A DNA stretch of 64,000 nucleotides from Alphaproteobacteria bacterium. Its GTDB lineage: Bacteria > Pseudomonadota > Alphaproteobacteria > Caedimonadales > UBA1908. The DNA is taken from contig JAJTHL010000015.1 of assembly GCA_021298595.1 (NCBI GenBank), positions 22,299 through 86,298 of the forward strand. Reading direction: 5' to 3'. The translations under genes were made by a program, and so were the position numbers. Each line of letters opens with the position of its first letter. Within the stretch, counting starts at the first letter, position 1. Positions 44,353 through 53,890 of this stretch are shown here, piece after piece. The notes under the pieces were generated by a model that worked only from the letters and a program-made list of their open reading frames with translations, was not told the origin of the DNA and did no database searches.

Positions 44353-45297
44353 ATGCCAGAAATCGCCACGCGTGCCGGAGACTATGCCAGATTTCAGCAG
44401 CAGAACATTAATCGCATCAATACCGGAAAAGCCCTTGACACTACTCAAGGTCAACTCACCTCCGGTCAAAAGTCTCTTGCTTACAGTGATGATCCCAATA
44501 ATTTAACCGAGGTGTTTAACATCAAGACCGAGCTAAATAAAATTACCCAATACAAAAATAATATCAACAAGGTCGACGGACGCCTTGAGGTTGCAGAGAC
44601 TTCTCTCAATACAATCCTTGGCATCATGCAAGAGTTTCGCTCGAATCTTGCACGTATAGTGCAACCCGGAAACAAGGACGACGCCTTTCAAGCCTTTTGT
44701 AATAACTGTCTTCAAGGAATGGCCGACGCTCTCAACGCCGTAGACTCTGAAAAGAATAATGTCTTTGGTGGCACCATGTGGCAAGGGACAGTGGTGGATT
44801 TAAGCGCGCTCCCTACACCAGGCCTAGGCTCAAACCCCACAACGGCTTACTATAAAGGGGATCAGGGACAAAACATCGTTCATATCAATGATAATAATAA
44901 TATGGATTACACTTTTCGCGCTGACGATCCTGCCATTGCTGAGGTCTTTTATGCCCTAAAAATTGGCGCCACGACCACACCTGATTACGATGAATCAGGT
45001 CCCAATATGCAAAAACTTCGTCAAGCCCTGAATGCCATTAATCAGGCAACAGAGGATGTTCCAGCCATGCTTGCACGGGTTGGGACAATTCGTAAAAATT
45101 TATCTGTTACGCTCACAAACCACACCACCATTGAAGATAATTTGAAAGTCCTAGATGTCACCTTGACAGAGGTTGACCCTGTGGAAGCTTGGATTCTTTT
45201 AATGAACCTAAAGGCTCAGCTGGAAATGAATGTGGCCGCAACAGCTCAATCTGCCGAGCTGACAAAAACAACCCTCAACGCTTTAATGAAATCATAG
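44353..45297 (+). CDS. flgL: Flagellar hook-associated protein 3 FlgL
   Basis: Flagellin-like N and C termini (LTSGQKSLAYSDDP...; EVDPVEAWILLMNLKAQLEMNVAATAQ). It follows flgK. Confidence 0.75.
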   Translation: MPEIATRAGDYARFQQQNINRINTGKALDTTQGQLTSGQKSLAYSDDPNNLTEVFNIKTELNKITQYKNNINKVDGRLEVAETSLNTILGIMQEFRSNLARIVQPGNKDDAFQAFCNNCLQGMADALNAVDSEKNNVFGGTMWQGTVVDLSALPTPGLGSNPTTAYYKGDQGQNIVHINDNNNMDYTFRADDPAIAEVFYALKIGATTTPDYDESGPNMQKLRQALNAINQATEDVPAMLARVGTIRKNLSVTLTNHTTIEDNLKVLDVTLTEVDPVEAWILLMNLKAQLEMNVAATAQSAELTKTTLNALMKS

Positions 45298-45309
45298 GAG
45301 GAAAAACAC

Positions 45310-45834
45310 ATGTGTCCTGTCTCACCCCAGAAAGATTCACGCGCAACGTCGCCTCGTGAAAAGGCACCTTTTGCGTCCCCATCGTTAACCTCAGCCGTCA
45401 CAACAGAGCTGTTTTTTCAAAAAGGCATCATTGGTTTTGGCGATCATCAGCGCTATCTCCTTGCCCCCACTCCCAAAACCGAACTGTGGCCCATGAAGGT
45501 GCTTGTGCATCAACAAAATCCCTCTCTTTTCTTCCTTGTCATCGAAGATAAAGGACTTGATGAGACCCATCACCTAACCCTTAATCCCAGTGTCTTCAAA
45601 TCCTTTGGATATGATGAAATGCAAACAAGGATTTTCTTTATTGTGACGACAGCGCTTTCAGAAGAGGCTGGTCAAAAAGTGCTTCTTTTGTCTGTGAATA
45701 AAAAAGCTCCACTTTTTATCGACTGTGCCGGCAAACGGGCTGGGCAACATATTCTAGGGGATAAAAATCTTCCCTTGTGCTGCCCCTTACCTGCCTACTC
45801 CAAGCTTCTTCAAGACAGGCTCAACCTTAAATAA
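45310..45834 (+). CDS. fliW: Flagellar assembly factor FliW
   Basis: FQKGIIGFGDHQRYLLAP, NPSLFFLVIED, LSVNKKAPLFID, RAGQHIL fit the FliW (PF02623) pattern. It carries an N-terminal ~30-aa extension. Confidence 0.6.
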   Translation: MCPVSPQKDSRATSPREKAPFASPSLTSAVTTELFFQKGIIGFGDHQRYLLAPTPKTELWPMKVLVHQQNPSLFFLVIEDKGLDETHHLTLNPSVFKSFGYDEMQTRIFFIVTTALSEEAGQKVLLLSVNKKAPLFIDCAGKRAGQHILGDKNLPLCCPLPAYSKLLQDRLNLK

Positions 45835-46998
45835 TCAAGACTCTCTTGATCCGCCCATCATGCCCATGGCGTGGCGGGTCAAGAGTGTCTTCATAAAAGG
45901 CAGATGATTGGTAAGCTCCATCCCTAACCCCCTTATATGGGAAAGCGTAGACGAGGGATGAGAAAAGAGTTTCACAAGACCATGGGTCATGGCTGTCATA
46001 CTCCACACATCAAAACGGCGGTGGCGTGTATAACGCTTTGTCAAAAGAGACAGATCCGTAAACACGTGCAAAGGTTGTTGTAAAAACCAGGCAACATCCC
46101 TAAGCCCTAAGTTAAAGCCTTGTCCTGCCACCGGATGAATCCCATGGGCCGCGTCCCCCACAAGGAAAGTCCGCCCCTTTGCAGGACTCGGCACAAAATG
46201 CCCTGAAAGGGGGTAAGATTGGCGAGAACTCGTGAGTGTTAGGGCACCCAGATGAGGAAAGGATTCTTGTAAAAGGCTTTCAAACCCCTGTTCATCCAGC
46301 TGCATCAAATAGGCGGCGGCGGCGGTTTCTTCTGTCCACACAATGGCTGACTCATATTCCTTGAGAGGTAAAAAGGCAAGAGGTCCTCTGGGTAAAAAAT
46401 GCTCAAACGCCACTTGGTTGTGGGGCTTTTCATGACGTACCGTTGTCACAATTCCCGTCTGGTCATAGGGCCATTTTTTTGTCCGCATGCCCAGATGGCT
46501 TCGAATCCACGACTGCTTACCATCGGCGGCAAAGCAAAGTTTTGTGTGGATCGTCTCAGCCTTGTCACTGGTCAAAGAAACGTGATGGGCATGATTTTCA
46601 AGGGTTTTCACTTTAAAGGGTCTTATGAGGGTTACGTTGGGCTCGTTTTGTATTCTATCCTCCAAAGCCCTTTGCAGATGCCTAAGCGGGATCAAATACC
46701 CCATGGGGTCTGACCCCACGTCCTTGCTTTTGTAGTGCACAAAGCCTTTGCTTTTGGGTTGGGAAATTCTAATTTCTTCAATGGAGTGGGCGTGATCTTT
46801 CAACGCCTCCCACAAACCCAGTGTCACCAAGATTTGTCTTGATCCTTGGGCAAGGGCCAAAGTTCGTCCATCAAGAGCCGATGAGGCTGGTTGAAGGCCT
46901 GCATCCACCAAACAAACCTTTGTCCCCTTTTGGGCCATTGCAAGACCTAAGGACACCCCCACAAGGCCTCCTCCCACCACAACGCTATCGAATTCCAT
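45835..46998 (-). CDS. ubiH: UbiH/UbiF/Coq6-family FAD-dependent ubiquinone-biosynthesis hydroxylase
   Basis: N-terminal GxGxxG (VVVGGGLVGVSLGLAMA) plus the LVGDAAHGIHPVAGQGFNLGLRD motif. Confidence 0.85.
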   Translation of the reverse strand: MEFDSVVVGGGLVGVSLGLAMAQKGTKVCLVDAGLQPASSALDGRTLALAQGSRQILVTLGLWEALKDHAHSIEEIRISQPKSKGFVHYKSKDVGSDPMGYLIPLRHLQRALEDRIQNEPNVTLIRPFKVKTLENHAHHVSLTSDKAETIHTKLCFAADGKQSWIRSHLGMRTKKWPYDQTGIVTTVRHEKPHNQVAFEHFLPRGPLAFLPLKEYESAIVWTEETAAAAYLMQLDEQGFESLLQESFPHLGALTLTSSRQSYPLSGHFVPSPAKGRTFLVGDAAHGIHPVAGQGFNLGLRDVAWFLQQPLHVFTDLSLLTKRYTRHRRFDVWSMTAMTHGLVKLFSHPSSTLSHIRGLGMELTNHLPFMKTLLTRHAMGMMGGSRES

Positions 46999-47115
46999 GA
47001 CCTTGCCCTTTAAAAATGAGATCCGTTTTCATTGTAACGCACTCGGGCATATACAAGAAAGGGTGTTCGCGCTAGGATGTGACGAGCATATGACAAGTCT
47101 GATGAGGGTATTGTT

Positions 47116-49881
47116 TTGAAAAGAATTCTCTATGGTTTGACCGCCGTTATCGCCTGTCTTTTAGGTACTCTTTTTCTCGTCCCTCGTTTTATTTCCCTCG
47201 AGTCTTACAAGCCCATTCTGTCAGCTCACTTAGAAAAATCTCTTGGCAGGCGTCTGACCATTGACGGCCCCATCCATTTATCCCTTCTGCCTTCACCCAG
47301 CGTTGTCGTTGAAAAGATTCACCTGGAAAATGCGCCGGGGACAAGCCACCCCCATATGATTGATCTTCCCAAGGCGCGTCTTGAGATGGCAGTGGCCCCC
47401 CTTTTTCATAAGATGGTGAGACTGGATAAGGTGCAATTTTTTCACCCTACCCTTTACCTTGAAACCCTGTCCCAAGGAAAAAGCAACTGGGAGTTTTCTC
47501 CCCAAGAAAGCCTCGAGGACGCCGCTGACGCCGCCACCAAAGAGCTTAGCGCAAAAAAGGGGCTTGGCTTCGATCTTGCCTTTGACAAGGTCGAGGTCTT
47601 AAACGCAGAGCTTCATTATCTTGACGACGCCAAAAAAGATTACAAAGTCGAGGATTTGACGGCCAACGTCAGCATGGAAAGCCTTCAAGGGCCCTTGTCA
47701 GCTACGGGTGTTTTTCAAGCCCTTGGTAAAAACGTTCAGTTTAATTTCAACCTCAAAGGCTTTAAGGAAAAAGCACCCTTGCGTCTTATCATGACAACAC
47801 GGGGCGCCGAGATCACTCTGAAGGGAGATCTTGTCTTTGACACGCAAACATTCCAAGGCGACATCCGGTTTGCCAGCGACATCGATGATCTTGAGGAGAT
47901 TTTTACCATTAAAACGGGAACACCCGACTTTTTACGTGAAGCGTTTGTCTTGACGGGCTACGCCGAAATTTCACCCAAAGGAATGACTTTTCAGCATCTA
48001 GAGGTCACACAAGAGAATACAAGTCTTGAGGGCAGTGCCGGGGTTGAACTTTACCCCCTTCGCTTTAGTGCGGATCTTCGGGGGCTTCCTGGAGGGATCC
48101 ACCTCAAAACTAAGGCGACCCCTGACAAAAATGGGCTTTCAGGGGATCTTGATCTCTCGGTAAAGTCTCCGCGCAAGCTTCTCAAGTGGGCCCGCATGGG
48201 AGAGGATCAATCCCTTCCCTCCCATTTAGTTGACAAATCTTGGAATCTTTCCTCAACCTTTTCGACGGAAAAAGATCACGTTCGTTTGTCTGGATTTTCC
48301 TTTAGTTGTGATCAAGTGGCTTTTAAGGGAGATCTAGGGTGGGATCCCATCAAAAAAGAGATGGGCTATGATGTCCATATGTTGGCGTCTGCCACATTTC
48401 TAACCGATTGGGACCTGCCTCAATGGGCGTTGCTCAAAGACATCACCTTCAAAGGAAAAACCAAAATACAAAAACAAATTCCTTTGACCTTTGTGACCCA
48501 CACGGATGTTTTTTTTCCTTCATTTTCTTTGGGTTTTAAAGGCACGATCACCACCCGCGATGACGAAGGACCAGTGATGGTTTTTGAAACTACGGGAGCT
48601 CTTCCAAAACCTTATGGGCTTTTTGAAAAAATGACCTTGTCATCAGGGCATTTTTCCACAGACCTTCGCGTCAACGGCAAAAAAACCATACTGAACAACC
48701 TCAAAAGCACCTTTTATTTAGATGGTCATCCCTTGAGCCTTGGCGGACAACTAACCCTTGAAAAGGATAAACACCTCTATGTGGGGGGAGCTCTTTCTCT
48801 TTCGCCCCTGACCTTCAAAGATGAGCCTGCCCCTCGTGCAACAAAAGAAGGCACCCATCGTAAAGAAAAAGTGTCTCACAAAATATCTTCTTCTGGACCT
48901 ATTTGGTCTAAGGATCCCCTTGATTTATCATTCTTAACAAACATTAGGGGATCTCTTAGTCTTGCCATTCCTTCCCTTCAGTGGTCAGATATTCTGTTGA
49001 AGGATGTAACCGTGATGCATGAATTCGCTGAAAGTGAGACAAACATCTCTCTTGCCGGTAACCTTTGGGGAGGAACTTGCAAGGCGGCTCTTAAAATCGC
49101 CCCACAAACAAATACACAACTTGTGTCGCGCCTCTCTTTAGAAAACGCCTCTCTCAAAGACTCCTTGGAGAAAATAGTTACAGGTCCCTTGCATATCCTT
49201 GCCGGTGACCTAGATGTCACAGGAAACTTACGCACAAACGGTCAAAGCATACATGGATTTGTAAGTCACCTTAGCGGAATTCTTAATATCCGCGCCAATA
49301 AGGGGGTCCTTGGCGGATTCGACCTCAAGGCCTTATCTGCGGGTTTGAATAATATTCGAGATATTAAAGCGTTTGGAAATCTTCTTTCTGGCAATCTATC
49401 CCAAGGAAAAACTACTTTTTCAACGTCCAAACTTGTGCTTGATTTCAAGGACGGGGTAGGCCGTGTGGGCGCCCTTGAGGTGGTGGCGGACGGCGCGACC
49501 CTTACAGGGGCCGGTGTCATTGATCTTTTGCGCTATGTCATGGATCTTTCGTTGACCGCAACGCTCACAGATCATGCGCGTTTCCCGCCTTTCCAAATCA
49601 CCCTTAAGGGCCCCTTGAATGACCCTAAAAAAAGTTATGACGTCAGCGCCCTTCAAGGGTATTTGATCGAAAACATTTTCACGACGATTCTAAAGTCGCC
49701 TACAAAGATTTCTCCCAAAGCACTTCTTCAAGGATTGATTCCAGGGACCGGAGATGAGGGAGCGTCTCCCACGCCTTCTGATCAAAATCAAGATCAAAAG
49801 AAAAACCAAGAAAGTCCTGCAGAAGAACTTATCGAAAAGCCGGCTAAGGCCCTTGGCGGTCTCTTGAAAGGTCTATTGTAA
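47116..49881 (+). CDS. AsmA-family outer-membrane biogenesis protein
   Basis: 921 aa. N-terminal anchor, then SYKPILSAHLEKSLGRRLTIDGPIHLSLLPSPSVVVEKIHLEN, typical of the AsmA N-terminus, and an AsmA_2-like C-terminal part. Confidence 0.8.
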   Translation: MKRILYGLTAVIACLLGTLFLVPRFISLESYKPILSAHLEKSLGRRLTIDGPIHLSLLPSPSVVVEKIHLENAPGTSHPHMIDLPKARLEMAVAPLFHKMVRLDKVQFFHPTLYLETLSQGKSNWEFSPQESLEDAADAATKELSAKKGLGFDLAFDKVEVLNAELHYLDDAKKDYKVEDLTANVSMESLQGPLSATGVFQALGKNVQFNFNLKGFKEKAPLRLIMTTRGAEITLKGDLVFDTQTFQGDIRFASDIDDLEEIFTIKTGTPDFLREAFVLTGYAEISPKGMTFQHLEVTQENTSLEGSAGVELYPLRFSADLRGLPGGIHLKTKATPDKNGLSGDLDLSVKSPRKLLKWARMGEDQSLPSHLVDKSWNLSSTFSTEKDHVRLSGFSFSCDQVAFKGDLGWDPIKKEMGYDVHMLASATFLTDWDLPQWALLKDITFKGKTKIQKQIPLTFVTHTDVFFPSFSLGFKGTITTRDDEGPVMVFETTGALPKPYGLFEKMTLSSGHFSTDLRVNGKKTILNNLKSTFYLDGHPLSLGGQLTLEKDKHLYVGGALSLSPLTFKDEPAPRATKEGTHRKEKVSHKISSSGPIWSKDPLDLSFLTNIRGSLSLAIPSLQWSDILLKDVTVMHEFAESETNISLAGNLWGGTCKAALKIAPQTNTQLVSRLSLENASLKDSLEKIVTGPLHILAGDLDVTGNLRTNGQSIHGFVSHLSGILNIRANKGVLGGFDLKALSAGLNNIRDIKAFGNLLSGNLSQGKTTFSTSKLVLDFKDGVGRVGALEVVADGATLTGAGVIDLLRYVMDLSLTATLTDHARFPPFQITLKGPLNDPKKSYDVSALQGYLIENIFTTILKSPTKISPKALLQGLIPGTGDEGASPTPSDQNQDQKKNQESPAEELIEKPAKALGGLLKGLL

Positions 49882-51284
49882 TGAAAAAATATCTTTTATT
49901 TTTTGTGCTGATTGTTTTAGGGATGATCCCTGCCTTGGCCGCGTCTGACGCTGCCTTACAGGCAGAGGAACTTTCCCTTTTATGGGTAATTCCCTTTGGG
50001 GGAATTCTTCTTTGTCTGTCCTTATGTCCGCTTTTTGTCCCAAACTTGTGGCACCATCATTACGGCAAAATAGGGGCGGCGTGGGCGCTCTTAACCCTTG
50101 GGGGAATGATCCATCACGGGGGCCTCGAAACTGCCGCCTATGAGGTTTGTCACACGTATCTTGCGCACTATTTTCCCTTTATCATCTTGGTGGGAGCTCT
50201 TTTTACTATCAGTGGCGGCATCAAAGTCACCGTGCACGCCCCGGCAACACCCTTTAGTAATACGGTGCTTCTTTGCGTGGGGAGTTTCGTTGCAAGCCTT
50301 ATCGGGACAACGGGAGCGGCCATGCTTTTTATCAGACCCCTTCTGGCCATTAACAAAGAGCGTGCCTTTAAAACCCACAGTGTGATCTTTTTCATCATCC
50401 TTGTATGTAATGTGGGCGGCGCCCTTAGCGCCATTGGCGATCCACCTTTGTTTTTAGGGTTTTTGAATGGTATTGATTTCTTTTGGCCCACGAAAAAACT
50501 TTTTTGGCCGACGATGATGATTCTGATTCCCCTTCTCGCTCTTTATGCGGGGATTGATCATTGGTACCTTAAAAAGGAAACCCTAGCGCCTTACAAGGCG
50601 CCTCCAGGTCGGCGTCTGATCTTTGCTGGCAAGCGCAATATCCCCATGATGGCAGCCGCCATTGGGCTGGTGCTGCTCAGCGGTTTTTGGCAATCATCCT
50701 TCTACGTGTCTTTGATGGACGTAAAACTCTATGCCCAGGACCTTGTGCGTGATTTGGGACTTGTGGGGCTTTCCTGGGCGTCTTGGCGCTACGGCCCTCG
50801 AAGCGCACGCCAGGATAACGATTTCAGCTGGGAACCCCTAGTGGAGGTCGCAAAACTGTTTGCCGCCATTTTCATTACGGCCGCCCCTGTCATGGCCATC
50901 CTCAAGGCGGGAGACAAAGGATCCATGGCGGCCCTTGTGTCCCTTGTCACAACAAACGGTCAACCTGTAAACGCCGCGTACTTTTGGCTATCGGGGATTT
51001 TGTCGGCCTTCCTTGATAACGCACCCACCTATTTGGTGTTTTTTAGTCTGTCAGGCGGCGACCCAGAGGCTCTCATGGGCGCTTTGGACCACACTCTCAT
51101 GGCTTTTTCTATGGGGGCAGTGTTCATGGGGGCCCTTACCTATATTGGGAACGCTCCTAACTTTATGGTAAAATCCATCGCAGAAAGTCAAAACGTCGCG
51201 ATGCCCAGTTTTTTTGGGTATATGGCATGGTCTTGTGGACTTTTGCTGCCGCTTTTTCTATTACTGACCATATTAATTTATTAA
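49881..51284 (+). CDS. ArsB/NhaD-superfamily permease (sodium:proton antiporter-like)
   Basis: 467 aa, polytopic. The start codon overlaps the asmA-like stop (TAATG). The family call rests only on overall resemblance. Confidence 0.5.
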   Translation: MKKYLLFFVLIVLGMIPALAASDAALQAEELSLLWVIPFGGILLCLSLCPLFVPNLWHHHYGKIGAAWALLTLGGMIHHGGLETAAYEVCHTYLAHYFPFIILVGALFTISGGIKVTVHAPATPFSNTVLLCVGSFVASLIGTTGAAMLFIRPLLAINKERAFKTHSVIFFIILVCNVGGALSAIGDPPLFLGFLNGIDFFWPTKKLFWPTMMILIPLLALYAGIDHWYLKKETLAPYKAPPGRRLIFAGKRNIPMMAAAIGLVLLSGFWQSSFYVSLMDVKLYAQDLVRDLGLVGLSWASWRYGPRSARQDNDFSWEPLVEVAKLFAAIFITAAPVMAILKAGDKGSMAALVSLVTTNGQPVNAAYFWLSGILSAFLDNAPTYLVFFSLSGGDPEALMGALDHTLMAFSMGAVFMGALTYIGNAPNFMVKSIAESQNVAMPSFFGYMAWSCGLLLPLFLLLTILIY

Positions 51285-51306
51285 CGACCATAAAAGGACC
51301 TGTGCC

Positions 51307-52812
51307 ATGGATCAAACATCCCACCCAGAAATGGATCTTTCAGGGGAAAAAGAAAATATTTTCAGAGCCTCACGCCTGGCAAAGCTGGACGCCATCAAAG
51401 CTATGGGCATAAATCCCTACCCTTCGTCTTTTGAGCGATCCCATAATCTGGAGACCCTTCAACACGATTTTTTCGAGCTTGAATCGGGCGCAGAGACCGA
51501 GACAGTCGCCCGCGTGGCGGGACGTATTCGCGCCATTCGTAACAGCGGGATGTTCATTGACCTTCACGACAGCACCGGCAAGCTTCAGTTGTTTTGCCAT
51601 AAGGACGTTATGGGCGAAGTGGCGCTAACCCTCATCAAGCAACTAGATGTGGGAGACATCATTGGCGCCGCGGGCCTTATTCGCCGCACCACCAGGGGCG
51701 AGCTGACCCTGAACGTCAAAGAGATTTCTCTTTTGTCCAAAGCGCTTCTTCCCCTTCCTGAAAAATACCATGGCCTCAGCGACGTCGAGACCAGATACCG
51801 TCAGCGGTATCTTGATCTCATCATGAATGAAGATAGTCGGGCGACCTTGCGCGCGCGCAGCCAAATTATTTCCGCCATGCGCCGCTATTTAACGGACGAA
51901 GGATTCCTTGAGGTTGAAACACCCATGCTGCAAACCATTGCAGGGGGTGCTGCAGCAAGGCCTTTTATCACCCATCACAACGCCCTTGATCTTGATTTGT
52001 ATCTGCGTATTGCGCCCGAGCTTTACCTCAAGCGGTTGATTGTGGGCGGACTTTCCGACAAGCTTTTTGAAATTAACAGAAACTTCAGAAATGAAGGGGT
52101 GTCCACACGTCACAACCCTGAATTCACCATGATCGAGCTTTACCAAGCATACGGTGATGCCAGCACCATGATTGAGCTCACCCAAACCATGATTTCTCAT
52201 ATTGCGATGACCCTCTTTGATACCACAAGCTTTGAGTATGCTGGTAAAACTCTTCACTTTGCAAAGCCTTGGCGCGCTGTCTCCATGCTGGACGCCGTAC
52301 GTGAAGTGACGGGCCTTGACCTTGGTCAACTGGACGCGGCCGCTGCTGCCGAGGCCGTTAAAACCCTTGGCATCACTATTAAAAAGGGCGCTCTGTGGGG
52401 AGAAATCGTCGAAACTGCCTTTGCCGAAAAGGTCGAAGAAACCCTGATTCAGCCAACCTTTGTAACGGAATTTCCTTTGGATATTTCACCGCTTGCCAAA
52501 CCTCACCCCACAAACCCTCGTCTAACGGAGCGTTTTGAGGTCTTTGTGAACGGAATCGAGCTTGCCAACGGCTTTTCAGAGCTCAGCGATCCCATTGATC
52601 AGCGCGCGCGCTTCGAGGCGCAAGTGGACGCGAAAAACAAAGGAAACGATGAAGCCCACGCCATGGATGAGGATTTCATCACGGCCCTAGAGTACGCCAT
52701 GCCCCCAACCGGCGGCCTTGGGATTGGCATCGACCGCTTGGTCATGTTCCTCACGGGTGCCCCCAGCATTCGGGACGTCATCGCCTTTCCCACCATGAAA
52801 CCAAAAGACTAA
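51307..52812 (+). CDS. lysS: Lysyl-tRNA synthetase, class II
   Basis: OB-fold N domain (VAGRIRAIRNSGMFIDLHDSTGKLQ). Class II motifs FLEVETPML, FRNEG.S.RHNPEFTMIE, GGLGIGIDRLVM. Confidence 0.95.
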   Translation: MDQTSHPEMDLSGEKENIFRASRLAKLDAIKAMGINPYPSSFERSHNLETLQHDFFELESGAETETVARVAGRIRAIRNSGMFIDLHDSTGKLQLFCHKDVMGEVALTLIKQLDVGDIIGAAGLIRRTTRGELTLNVKEISLLSKALLPLPEKYHGLSDVETRYRQRYLDLIMNEDSRATLRARSQIISAMRRYLTDEGFLEVETPMLQTIAGGAAARPFITHHNALDLDLYLRIAPELYLKRLIVGGLSDKLFEINRNFRNEGVSTRHNPEFTMIELYQAYGDASTMIELTQTMISHIAMTLFDTTSFEYAGKTLHFAKPWRAVSMLDAVREVTGLDLGQLDAAAAAEAVKTLGITIKKGALWGEIVETAFAEKVEETLIQPTFVTEFPLDISPLAKPHPTNPRLTERFEVFVNGIELANGFSELSDPIDQRARFEAQVDAKNKGNDEAHAMDEDFITALEYAMPPTGGLGIGIDRLVMFLTGAPSIRDVIAFPTMKPKD

Positions 52813-52878
52813 TCCCCAAACGAAGAGAGCGGTCTCAAAGCCGCTCTTGTTTGTCTTTAGAAGAAGAAAAAATAATCG

Positions 52879-52968
52879 TGGCGGATGGGGTGGGATTCGA
52901 ACCCACGAAGGAGTCGCCCCCTTGCCGGTTTTCAAGACCGGTGCCTTCAACCGCTCGGCCACCCATCC
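52879..52968 (-). tRNA. tRNA-Ser (anticodon UGA)
   Basis: The reverse complement GGATGGGTGGCCGAGCGGTTGAAGGCACCGGTCTTGAAAACCGGCAAGGGGGCGACTCCTTCGTGGGTTCGAATCCCACCCCATCCGCCA has a cloverleaf with a long variable arm, the anticodon loop CTTGAAA and an encoded CCA. Confidence 0.9.
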
Positions 52969-53038
52969 AACACACCCTCATTGATATCCTGGGAACGAGC
53001 CTTCGTCAAGAAAACACGTGAGCTACGGGCAAGAAAAC

Positions 53039-53332
53039 CTAAAATTCTTCAGTGAATTTGTTCTGCACAAGGCTGACAAGGGCCTTAAGGGCTTCGTCGG
53101 CACCCGCGCCCGTGCAGACGATCTCAAGAAAAGTGCCTTGTCTTGCCCCCAACAGCAAAAGCCCCATGAGGGAAGTCCCCGGCACTGTACGGTGGGCATG
53201 GCAGACCTGAATATCGGCGTTAAAACTCTCGGCAAGCTTCACAAACCTTGCGGCCGCCCGCGCATGGAGTCCGCGTACATTGACGACCTCAACGATTTGG
53301 CGCACACAAGACACTTCTTCTTGAGGGGTCAC
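53039..53332 (-). CDS. ptsH: HPr-family phosphocarrier protein
   Basis: VNVRGLHARAAARFV (active-site His) and a GTSLMGLLLLGA region. 97 aa. Confidence 0.85.
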   Translation of the reverse strand: MTPQEEVSCVRQIVEVVNVRGLHARAAARFVKLAESFNADIQVCHAHRTVPGTSLMGLLLLGARQGTFLEIVCTGAGADEALKALVSLVQNKFTEEF

Positions 53333-53736
53333 GATCCAGTTCCAAGGAGGCGTGAGGCAACGTTAATATACGAGCGTGCGGCTTCTTGAGCGGCAAGGGA
53401 CGCCTCTTCCAGGGTGTGCGTGCTTCTGACTTTGGCAAGCTTCACGAGCATGGGCATGTTCACCCCTGCAATGACCTCAAGATTTTCGTAAGCCCCCAAA
53501 AAGGAGATCGCAAGGTTGGACGGCGTGCCACCAAACATATCCGTTAAAAGGAGGACCCCTTTGCCCGTCTCCACCTCGTCAATGAGCGCGGCAAGGCGTC
53601 CCCTGGTGTCTTCCATGTCCTCTTCCCAATTGACGCACAGGGCTGCTAGTTTTTCTTGCTTGCCCACCACGCGCTCAAGCACATTTAAGAATTCTTGCCC
53701 AAGAGACCCGTGGGCAACGATAATCACACCAATCAT
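53329..53736 (-). CDS. PTS EIIA, mannose-type (regulatory)
   Basis: MIGVIIVAHGSLGQEF (active-site His), LLLTDMFGGTP. ATGA-type overlap with the HPr gene. Confidence 0.8.
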   Translation of the reverse strand: MIGVIIVAHGSLGQEFLNVLERVVGKQEKLAALCVNWEEDMEDTRGRLAALIDEVETGKGVLLLTDMFGGTPSNLAISFLGAYENLEVIAGVNMPMLVKLAKVRSTHTLEEASLAAQEAARSYINVASRLLGTGS

Positions 53737-53890
53737 TTTTTACTCCCTATTTATTTTCTATCATCATACGCGCGACTGACCATCTAAACAAACAAGTCTT
53801 TTTTCTCAAGATAGTTTTTAGCTAGTAAAGTGGTCAAGAATTGACATATGATATTTTGCTTTTGTGTCAACCTTACCAAAGAGGAGTGTT

